Part shown: positions 23,200 through 31,357 of the stretch, one piece after another
How the letters are laid out: each line of letters opens with the position of its first letter
Position numbering within the stretch: the first letter of the stretch is position 1
Assembly: GCA_025839675.1 (NCBI GenBank)
Contig: CP104013.1
Location: 4,140,001-4,172,000 of the forward strand
DNA: 32,000 bases
Direction: 5' to 3'
From: Candidatus Lokiarchaeum ossiferum
GTDB taxonomy: Archaea > Asgardarchaeota > Lokiarchaeia > Sigyniarchaeales > Promethearchaeaceae
Made by a program: the position numbers and the translations under genes
The notes under the pieces: model-generated
Told to the model about the DNA's origin: nothing
Database searches by the model: none
Seen by the model: the letters and a program-made list of their open reading frames with translations, nothing else

Positions 23200-26100
23200 C
23201 TAAGCAATTGTAAGAGTATCAAACAATTCATATCCTTCTGCGGTAACAATTTTGATGTGGAAATCGGAACCGACAGTTGTTGTTAGATCAAGGTTAATAT
23301 CAATAGAATAATAGTACGTTTCTCCTTCTACACTGGATCCACTTATGATTCTATCTGAAACTATATCTCCATCAGCATTTTTTACTGTGATATTTGACAT
23401 ACTAATGAAGACGTAATCTTCTGCATCATTTATTTTGTAATAGAAACCATCTAAATTCACTGATTCATCGGTTACCATAGATAATATTATTTTTACATCT
23501 AATTTATTAGGTAAGTAGTTGGCTTCGGTATACGTTTCAGTATTATCCTTTAATTCAATTTTAACAGGTGAAGTGAGTTGAGGCAGTCTGGAAGTGAAAT
23601 CTGCAGATGCTTCTATTCCTTCAGTCGTGTTTAACACAATTTCAACGGTATTGGAGATGTTAACTTTGAGACCACTATAATCTACATCTAATACTGCAAT
23701 GCCATTCGGTTGAATCGTCAATGTTGAAGTCGTTCCACCAATAACCATTCCATTTGTTAAATCAACTTTTGTTGCTAAAGTATCATTAACAATAATATTA
23801 TCCAGAGTAATTGCTAAACTACCCGTGTTTTTTACAACTAATCGAACGGATTCATCCGTAAATGCGGCAGACATTGAATCTGCTTCATCCATGATTGCAA
23901 TTGATTTAGATGCACTTCGAGGGATCATATATGCCCCATCCGATGATACTGTTTGATCATTCATCCCAGTAATCACGATTTTTACTGGTGTATCTAAAAC
24001 AACATCTGTAATCGTAGTCTGAAGTGTGACCGATTCTCCTGCTTCTAAGAACGGATCTCCCCCATTTAGAAAATCATCCAATTCAATATCATAATGAACA
24101 TCATCTGCATAGATACTTTGAATGCTGAAAGTCTTCTCTCCCGTGTTTTCTACAGTCAATTGTAAAGTTCCATCATCCAACAAATACGAATCTGTATTAT
24201 AATTCATATAGAGATCTCCAATTGGGCCTTCTTTTTGAGAATAGGAGGCATAATCATACAGATAGCTATCTTGGATCTTGGTGGTTAAATCTCCTTTAAT
24301 AGAAAGTTTGTATCCTTTGGTATTGACACCTAAAGTGGTACTAACTACCTTTCCAAGCTTACTATTCATTTGAATTTGAACATCTTCATTGAACTTATCA
24401 TTTATCGCAATGTCGTTTCTGGTTATACTAAAAGTATAATTGTTCGACGGAGCAATTAAAGTTGGGGTTGTCGCAGTATCTTCACCAAGGATTGTTATGT
24501 TTTCCATTAAAACTGGTCGAATTCCATCATTTTTAATGTTGATATTGAAATTTTGATCTGCCCCATCAAGTTCAATAGAACTTGCTGATCGGTCAATACT
24601 AATCAATTCTTCCGAAGGAACCTCTACCAGTGATGTAGAGCTATCAGCGGTAATAAAATACCCTCTTCCTTGATCTCCAATAAAGTTAGCCGTAGCCTTT
24701 AGGCTATATGATTTCAATTCTGTCCAATCTTCATTTATTTCTTCCGTATCAAACCAGACATATCGAGATTCACCTGCTTGGATATCATTCAGATCGTTTT
24801 CAACTGTATAGTTCAAATCGTAGGATGATCCCTCGTAGTTCAATTGTAGACTATCAATCTTGATCGGTTCGTTGCCTGTATTTTCAACCTCGAAATATCC
24901 AGTTCCATCAGTATCTAAATGGGTATCTTTTACTTCAAATTCGGCTTCTAAACCAGTATAATCTACTTTAAACACTTTCACTATCTCACTTGTTGAGAAG
25001 AATGCTGGTGTGAAGTATTGGGGTTCAAAAGCACCATTAATTGAATCGTGGGTGCTCCAAAGATCACCGTCTGCATCTGTTCGGGCTTGAATAGTGTCTG
25101 TCCCTTCAATTTGATTGACTAAATTTTCTTGGAGTTGGTTATAATTTTGGGGTAAGCCTGCTGACGTTGTTATGGCACCGGCAAACATGAGGCGAACCAA
25201 AGTTGAATCAAACCATTTATCTCCATAAAGACCGGTAGTTTCATTTACATAATCCGCTTCATTGAAAACTTCTGTTTCACTTTCCCACCAATCTTGTCTC
25301 ATACCCAAATTATCATAATAATCTGTATTATCATTGCAAATTCGAAGCATCCAAGGCCATTTCCCTTCATCGCCTCCGATTCCACTATATAAATGCCCGA
25401 AGAACACTACAACATAATCTGCTTGGAGACGCTGGAATATTTGTGCGCTGACTCTCTCATTCGTTTCCATCATGGCCATTCCCGTCATCCCTATCCGCGT
25501 CTGATTCCACGTTCCGTTATCATTGACCGTTGTGATATTACCGATCGCAGATAACCAATATCCATAATCCCACCAAGATACGGCAACGGAAGAACTATCT
25601 AAATTATATTTCATCCAAGTGAGTGTTTCTTCCCAATCATGAAGGGCCCCTGCTGTAACAATATCTGCATAACCCATTTGTTCGGCGGAAATATCGATGG
25701 CATGAATGGATTGAGCAAAGAATAAAAGCCCAATTCCAATATATACGACAATTCCTTCTGATTTTGCGATTGTGCGTTGAATCTGCCGTTTTCGCCGTCT
25801 GGTGATCATCTGGTCTTTCTTCATCAGAGTTCCAAATTGTTTCATGATATTTGCTAAACCATATGCTCCGAGAAGGGCTGCGGCGGGAGCAAATAACAAT
25901 ATAATTCGAATCATACTTCCTGTGAAGTAAAATAAGGTTAATACAAACACAATCATTAAAATATCTTCCATATTGCCTCTGCGGATAGCAAAGTAAATTC
26001 CTGGAATTATAAACAACAGTGGGATGAATGCATTGTAATAAAATACACTCCATGGACTTGGGGCGTGTTCCCCAACAGAGGCGACTAAATTAATCGCATC

Positions 26101-27141
26101 GCGAATGTTAGGATTAATAATTGATTCAATCCTTCCTGCAAGATCGAAAGGAAGAATCCCTGGATTTACCCAGAATATAATCAATGCAGTTAAAATTACT
26201 GGGATTGATCCCCACTTAATACCTGTGAGAATTTTTTCATAATTCCCCTTCTCTTTTTGCATATAGATAAAGTGATATACAACTAACGCAATCTCAAAGA
26301 AAAAGGGCACAAAGAAATCCATATCGTTGAAATTTGTTCCCCACTTAAAACCAGGGTTAATAGAATAAACTAACAAACCAATCATGATAGAACTTGTATA
26401 GGCCATCAGAATGTTTGGGTTGTATTTATCTAATATAATGATGATAAAGACAATTAATGGAAGTAAACTGAACGCATATGTTAATCCTCCCCAACTAAGA
26501 GCGAGATATCCAATTGAAAGCCCCGCAAAAATTCCATCTGAAAGTTTACCCGATTTTACTGCACGAATAAAGAAAAGGAAGGTTAATAATACCGCAAAAA
26601 CTCCGATAGTTTCATTGTCAAAGAACCCAATCACAGTTCGTTGCATATGTCCAGGACTAAAAGCTAAGAAGAATGCTGCAATTAATCCGGTTCTTCGATC
26701 CAAGATTTCTTTTCCGAGGAAATACATCACTAATACAGTTAATCCACCCATAAAAGCTGGAAAATAGTAGGCTACTTGGAATGCGGTCACGGAAATTCCG
26801 ATTCCATTTAAAAACCAATAAATTAATGCATTAGTAACTAATAGGCCAGGTCGTAAATTGAATCGATCCACACCCTCGGGAAACCAGAATTTAAAATCAT
26901 GAAAGTGTAACCAATCGTAAAGCCCCATATCAATAAGTTTTGTTAATGAATCATATTGATACCAAGGGTCAAATGCTTTGATAAGAAATGTTCCTTGAAC
27001 TACCGGCGAGGCACGGACTAATATTGCCAGTATAACTATCAAAACCAAAGAAATGTAGAAAAAGGGTGCATCCTTATCGATTTTTACACTTGTTTTTATC
27101 TTATCTCCTTTTTCGGAGAAGTACTGTTTAATTTTACCCAT
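23200..27141 (-). CDS. aglB: Oligosaccharyltransferase STT3/AglB homolog with about 580-aa repeat-rich C-terminal extension
   Basis: 1313 aa with a multi-TM N-terminal half. Motifs are FDPWYQYD (first external loop), SVGEHAPS, SWWDYGYW (25555..25575) and NDNGTWNQTRIGMTG (25501..25530). The catalytic-region end ...SEIVKVFKVDYTG is followed by five repeats of about 110-120 aa. Confidence 0.9.
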   Translation of the reverse strand: MGKIKQYFSEKGDKIKTSVKIDKDAPFFYISLVLIVILAILVRASPVVQGTFLIKAFDPWYQYDSLTKLIDMGLYDWLHFHDFKFWFPEGVDRFNLRPGLLVTNALIYWFLNGIGISVTAFQVAYYFPAFMGGLTVLVMYFLGKEILDRRTGLIAAFFLAFSPGHMQRTVIGFFDNETIGVFAVLLTFLFFIRAVKSGKLSDGIFAGLSIGYLALSWGGLTYAFSLLPLIVFIIIILDKYNPNILMAYTSSIMIGLLVYSINPGFKWGTNFNDMDFFVPFFFEIALVVYHFIYMQKEKGNYEKILTGIKWGSIPVILTALIIFWVNPGILPFDLAGRIESIINPNIRDAINLVASVGEHAPSPWSVFYYNAFIPLLFIIPGIYFAIRRGNMEDILMIVFVLTLFYFTGSMIRIILLFAPAAALLGAYGLANIMKQFGTLMKKDQMITRRRKRQIQRTIAKSEGIVVYIGIGLLFFAQSIHAIDISAEQMGYADIVTAGALHDWEETLTWMKYNLDSSSVAVSWWDYGYWLSAIGNITTVNDNGTWNQTRIGMTGMAMMETNERVSAQIFQRLQADYVVVFFGHLYSGIGGDEGKWPWMLRICNDNTDYYDNLGMRQDWWESETEVFNEADYVNETTGLYGDKWFDSTLVRLMFAGAITTSAGLPQNYNQLQENLVNQIEGTDTIQARTDADGDLWSTHDSINGAFEPQYFTPAFFSTSEIVKVFKVDYTGLEAEFEVKDTHLDTDGTGYFEVENTGNEPIKIDSLQLNYEGSSYDLNYTVENDLNDIQAGESRYVWFDTEEINEDWTELKSYSLKATANFIGDQGRGYFITADSSTSLVEVPSEELISIDRSASSIELDGADQNFNINIKNDGIRPVLMENITILGEDTATTPTLIAPSNNYTFSITRNDIAINDKFNEDVQIQMNSKLGKVVSTTLGVNTKGYKLSIKGDLTTKIQDSYLYDYASYSQKEGPIGDLYMNYNTDSYLLDDGTLQLTVENTGEKTFSIQSIYADDVHYDIELDDFLNGGDPFLEAGESVTLQTTITDVVLDTPVKIVITGMNDQTVSSDGAYMIPRSASKSIAIMDEADSMSAAFTDESVRLVVKNTGSLAITLDNIIVNDTLATKVDLTNGMVIGGTTSTLTIQPNGIAVLDVDYSGLKVNISNTVEIVLNTTEGIEASADFTSRLPQLTSPVKIELKDNTETYTEANYLPNKLDVKIILSMVTDESVNLDGFYYKINDAEDYVFISMSNITVKNADGDIVSDRIISGSSVEGETYYYSIDINLDLTTTVGSDFHIKIVTAEGYELFDTLTIA

Positions 27142-27266
27142 TTAAAAATCACTAAAGGTTTTAGCTCGAGTTAGTGTGAAAAATTGATCTTAACTAAAAA
27201 AATTATTAGTATTGTTCTTGAAAGTTCTTTATTGATACATTAGATGAAATGAAAAATAGTCGGATT

Positions 27267-27947
27267 TTAGCTTTTAAAAGCGAGTAATTCTTTCTTTATC
27301 AACTTCGTAATAGCCTTCCGAAATTGAAATAAATAATTATCTAGGCGTTTGTCATCTATCAACAAATTATAATTGTAACTTATCTCTTGGGCAATACGTT
27401 CGACCGCTTTGGGTTCTCGTTCTAATCGATAGAGCAATTGAAATGTGCCTTCTTTTAATAACTGTCCATTTTGATCTACCCAATTCATTTTATATTTATT
27501 TGTAAGAAATTTCACGAATTCTTTTCTTCCCGAAAGAATATACATTTTTCCCGCTCCACAATAATTTTGCCAAGTTTGCCGAAATTCGTTATAGGATAAT
27601 AATTTCCCCGACCTCAATTTGAAAAATGATTGGTCCCGAACTAAACTAAAAAGTTTTTGTGAGTCCACAAGTAAAGGATGTTGGCCTATTTCATTTTGAT
27701 AGATTTCCTTAATATCTTTATCAAGGGCTTCATTTTCGATATTGTCAAGTGTCCATATTTTGTCTAACAGCAGATCAAGAATTTGTTTTGATATGGCTAC
27801 ATCCATCTCGCCAATTTTACTCTCCAAACTTGACGATTTTGATTTTGTTTTTTTTGGTTTAGCCTTGGTTTTATTTCCTTTCTTCTTTTTTTCCTCCATC
27901 TCAAGTTTCAGTTGTTCAAGTTTCCGTTTTGCTTCATCCAGAGACAT
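27267..27947 (-). CDS. Hypothetical protein with Lys-rich coiled N-terminus
   Basis: 226 aa. The N-terminus is MSLDEAKRKLEQLKLEMEEKKKKGNKTKAKPKKTKSK, followed by a globular region with no family recognised. Confidence 0.55.
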   Translation of the reverse strand: MSLDEAKRKLEQLKLEMEEKKKKGNKTKAKPKKTKSKSSSLESKIGEMDVAISKQILDLLLDKIWTLDNIENEALDKDIKEIYQNEIGQHPLLVDSQKLFSLVRDQSFFKLRSGKLLSYNEFRQTWQNYCGAGKMYILSGRKEFVKFLTNKYKMNWVDQNGQLLKEGTFQLLYRLEREPKAVERIAQEISYNYNLLIDDKRLDNYLFQFRKAITKLIKKELLAFKS

Positions 27948-27987
27948 AATTTCACCTCATTTTTTTGTATTAATCGTCTTATCTGTA

Positions 27988-28500
27988 TTAATCGGCCAAT
28001 TCTTGAATTAATTGATCCAATTCTTTCCGTTCTTCTTCACTTAAGCCAAATTCTAATTCTACTATATTTTCAAGCGTTTTTGTGTGTGTTATGGTTTGAA
28101 TAAGTTCCATTACTTTATCATCTAATAGAGTTAATCTTTTCAGATATTTATTCACCATCTCTTTGATACCAGGTAAATCGTAATCACTTTGATTTTGAAA
28201 TTCTGGAAATGCATTAAACTCATCCATCAATTTTTGTTCCGATCGTGAATTTCGAAGAGCGATTTTTGTTTTAAATCGTTTATTTTGCGGGTCAATTATC
28301 TCCTTTTTAATGAGAAATCGGGGATTTTTCTTTTCAATACGTAGAAGGGTTCCGCGAGTTGCTCCAAATGTCCATTGCAATTCCTTACAAATTCCATACA
28401 AAGTTAAAGGAAGCTTGGATTCATTTTTTCTGAGCCAAGCATACATTTTTTGTTCGTTTTCCTTTGCAATCTTCTCTTTCGGATAACTCATGCTTACCAT
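27988..28500 (-). CDS. Putative winged-helix DNA-binding protein
   Basis: 170 aa. The wHTH-like pattern is MYAWLRKNESKLPLTLYGICKELQWTFGATRGTLLRIEKKNPRFLIKKEIIDPQNKRFKTKIAL, followed by a helical acidic tail. Confidence 0.5.
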   Translation of the reverse strand: MVSMSYPKEKIAKENEQKMYAWLRKNESKLPLTLYGICKELQWTFGATRGTLLRIEKKNPRFLIKKEIIDPQNKRFKTKIALRNSRSEQKLMDEFNAFPEFQNQSDYDLPGIKEMVNKYLKRLTLLDDKVMELIQTITHTKTLENIVELEFGLSEEERKELDQLIQELAD

Positions 28501-28892
28501 ATTCTTAGTTGGTAAAAAATATATATTTTTTTCTTTTGATATGCCTTATCCGTATTTCTTCCTTGTTAAATTTTAATTCAACAATTCTGAGCAAAATCTA
28601 ACTGCGACTCTGAAATATCTAAAATTTGAACTAAAATGCGACGATAGGGTCATTAATGGTGTTAAGGGATCTGGGAAAACGAATTTATCACCATTATTTC
28701 TTAAAAAACCTATTTGATAATCCCAGCTCCAGCAATAGCATAGGGAATATACGAAGCAGAAGAACTTGAAAGTTATCAAGACTGATTATCTAATTCTAAA
28801 AGAACAATCTTTTCTGTTAAAAGTAACAACTCACACGGTTAGACTTTTGGGTAAAAAATCTTCCCCCTTCTTGACTTGTGACCAAAATTCTT

Positions 28893-30026
28893 TCATGATT
28901 CCTTTTTTCGCTGAATAATTGGTAGGTTAAAATCGATTTTCGATAATATTTTACTCATTTTTTCCGCCCCAAAAGGTTCGTTTGGAGACCTATCATCCAA
29001 CAATGCCTTTTCCCAAGATTCTATCGTGGTTGTGAGGATACGATGAAGACTGTGATAGGCTACTTCATCGTCACGGTCAATGAAAAGGAACCCAAAGTAA
29101 TCTTGATAAAATTCAATAATGATCCATGTTGACCCAAAACGAATGAGGCTGAATTCTGCTTTTACTGTCCCCAAAGTTAGTTCAAGTGGGGCTTTAAGCA
29201 AATGGGGGATGGTCTGCAAAATGCTGGACAACATATTAGCATTTTCTTTTTTTCCATCAAAACGGATTTGTCCAACTGGAATACCTGTGGGTTTTTTTTC
29301 AGTGATCAAAATTTGACTAACCCGGGCTCGTGATAAAAGGAAAAATGTAGAATCATTCCGGATGACAATCCATATTCCAAAATAGAGTACTAAACATCCA
29401 AATTCTATGAGGAAATATTTCCAAACTTCTGTTGAAATAAAACTGACCAGATAACAGATCACATAAACAAGTATAACTAAAAAAAAATTTCGAAAATTTA
29501 TCCCTTGGCTATCGTTAAAGTATTGCTCCCTTGCCTTTTGTATAAATTTAATCATTAATTCCATGATGGGAAGAAAGAGCAATATGTCAAAAAAGAACAA
29601 ATTTGGATCAACAGGCACCAAATAGTTGATATGAAGTGATTCGATATGGGCAGGATAGGAAAACTGGGGAAATAATAAAATTATAAATTTCATTCCAAAG
29701 AAAATAGGGTATACAGTGTATCGAAAGTTAAATTTTGAGGTAATAGTGCTCAATTCAACAAGATATATTATCAGAATGGCAATATGCATTAAGAGATGGG
29801 CAATCATAAGAAATTCATGAAAATAGGGAATATCCGAGGATATTAGAAAAATTCCGATTAACCTATTAGCTGATGTTATTGCGAAAAATAGGATACCCCA
29901 AAAATAAAGAATGTAATATTTAAATTTCCATTCTTTGTAGAGCTTTAGAAAATGGACCGAGATTAAGAATAAAAAGATGACCCCACCCCCCGAAACGATG
30001 AGAATCACTCCACGCCAGAAGATCAC
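28893..30026 (-). CDS. Polytopic membrane protein with cytoplasmic C-terminal roadblock/LC7-like domain (tentative)
   Basis: 377 aa with a GTG start at 30026 and no early ATG. The N-terminal region has about 7 TM. C-terminal residues 233-342 (29001..29330) show strand-strand-helix-strand-strand-helix: VSQILITEKK, GIPVGQIRF, NANMLSSILQTIPHLLKAPLE, AEFSLIRFGSTWIIIEF, YFGFLFIDRDD, VAYHSLHRILTTTIESWEKAL. Confidence 0.6.
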   Translation of the reverse strand: MIFWRGVILIVSGGGVIFLFLISVHFLKLYKEWKFKYYILYFWGILFFAITSANRLIGIFLISSDIPYFHEFLMIAHLLMHIAILIIYLVELSTITSKFNFRYTVYPIFFGMKFIILLFPQFSYPAHIESLHINYLVPVDPNLFFFDILLFLPIMELMIKFIQKAREQYFNDSQGINFRNFFLVILVYVICYLVSFISTEVWKYFLIEFGCLVLYFGIWIVIRNDSTFFLLSRARVSQILITEKKPTGIPVGQIRFDGKKENANMLSSILQTIPHLLKAPLELTLGTVKAEFSLIRFGSTWIIIEFYQDYFGFLFIDRDDEVAYHSLHRILTTTIESWEKALLDDRSPNEPFGAEKMSKILSKIDFNLPIIQRKKES

Positions 30027-30293
30027 TTTTTAATTAGTTTTTTTCTTCCTAAAGAGATTCCGCTCTTCTTTCTTACTATTTCGACCACAATTTTTTCTTT
30101 TGTCAGCAAATAAATTCTCTTCTGAGTTATGGGTTGAATAAAAGCAAACCCAGAGAGATTTGTTTCGCAATTTTTGGTAAAAAACAACTCATTAGTGCTA
30201 TGGCAAATTTAGTTATATAAAAAAATGTAGAACAAAGGTTTTTCTTAATTCAAAAATCCCAATGTTTTAGTACGTTGGCGATTTTCGTAACAT

Positions 30294-30968
30294 ATGGTTC
30301 TTGATGAGAAAGTTTCAGAAAAAATTGCCAAAGCAATCTCTGATGGAAATTTTAAACAAGCGTTAAAATTGATCACCCCTCCCCTAAAAGAGGATCCTAC
30401 TAACGTTTCTTTATTACTTGACCATGGATTTGTCTCCACAAATTTAAACAAATTTGCCGAGGCTGAGGAATCCTACACCAAGGTTACTGAGTTACTTCCT
30501 GATAGTGCATCTGGTTATGCGGGATTAGGATTTACTTATCGAATTCAGGGCAAAAACGGTGATGCCGTCAAGGTATTTTTAAAAGGAATTGAAATTTCCC
30601 CTGATAATGCCATGATTCATTATGAGTTGGGTGAAACCTTCTTTGATATGGATCAGTATGAAAATGCTTTAAAGGCTTATTATAAAGCAATTCAATTTGG
30701 CGGGGCCGAAAATGAAGCAGAAACATTACATCGAATTGCTCAAGTACATTTAGGGATGGAAGAGCCAGATAAAGCCTTGGAAATTGCCCAAAATGTTTTG
30801 AAAAAGGATCCAGGATATCTATCGATATACAATATTATGGGTGTTGCTGCATATATGAAGGAATCATGGAAAGATGCAATGAAATATTTTGAAAAATACT
30901 TGAAAGCAGTTCCTGATGATGAAGCCGCTTTAAGTATTATGGAAGAAATCAAAGAAAATTTGAAATAA
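30294..30968 (+). CDS. Tetratricopeptide (TPR) repeat protein
   Basis: 224 aa with 5-6 units of 34 aa carrying the A/Y/G/P TPR pattern (AEESYTKVTELLPDSASGYAGLGFTY, AVKVFLKGIEISPDNAMIHYELGETF, ALKAYYKAIQF, ALEIAQNVLKKDPGY). Confidence 0.85.
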   Translation: MVLDEKVSEKIAKAISDGNFKQALKLITPPLKEDPTNVSLLLDHGFVSTNLNKFAEAEESYTKVTELLPDSASGYAGLGFTYRIQGKNGDAVKVFLKGIEISPDNAMIHYELGETFFDMDQYENALKAYYKAIQFGGAENEAETLHRIAQVHLGMEEPDKALEIAQNVLKKDPGYLSIYNIMGVAAYMKESWKDAMKYFEKYLKAVPDDEAALSIMEEIKENLK

Positions 30969-31141
30969 TTTTTTAGTTCTTTGAACTCTCTTTTTTCAAT
31001 TTCTTTCCAGTTGAACTTTAATCATTGTACGAATGATCCTTTTTCTTCAAACTAACAATTAATTGTTTTTTTAAGAAAGAAAGAGAAAAAATTTTTGATA
31101 ATAGAATTAAAGGTTCAAGAAAAATATTATCGATGTGAGTT

Positions 31142-31327
31142 TTAAAATTCCTGTTTAACATTTATATTTGATTCGATATTAAGAACGCGTTTGAGAAGAT
31201 CATCCATTTTATCTTTCATTACTACATTTTTATCTTCTAAATCTGCTCGTTCCATTCGGTCCAATCGGGTAACAATATCATCTATTTTTTCCATCATTGT
31301 TTTAACATAATCGCTGAGCTTGATCAT
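31142..31327 (-). CDS. Small coiled-coil protein, unknown function
   Basis: 61-aa charged heptad-like ORF lying 30 nt downstream of the zinc-ribbon protein gene on the same strand. Confidence 0.4.
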   Translation of the reverse strand: MIKLSDYVKTMMEKIDDIVTRLDRMERADLEDKNVVMKDKMDDLLKRVLNIESNINVKQEF

Positions 31328-31357
31328 TTCTGTTCACTACTCTTTAAAATTTAAAGC

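Noticed and set aside
25637-26767. ORFs 25637..26053 (-) and 26411..26767 (+)
   Set aside because: They lie inside the aglB/STT3 gene in other frames.
27742-28103. Plus-strand ORFs 27742..28011 and 27912..28103
   Set aside because: They are antisense to the two minus-strand genes and have S/F-rich low-complexity translations.
28573-28779. 68-aa minus-strand ORF in the 392-bp gap upstream of the wHTH gene
   Set aside because: It has no motif and odd composition (C/W/F-rich). It more likely overlaps the promoter region. I could not support an ncRNA there either: there is only a 6-bp CTGGGA/TCCCAG stem with a very long loop.
28771-28784. AGTTATCAAGACTG resembling the IS terminus (..GTTATAACCTTTAAGACTG) as a solo IS end
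   Set aside because: Only the 7-mer AAGACTG and GTTAT match, with an indel between them. This is too short to distinguish from chance.
29119-30952. ORFs 29119..29316 (+), 30245..30451 (-) and 30740..30952 (-)
   Set aside because: They are antisense to the membrane/roadblock-like gene and the TPR gene.
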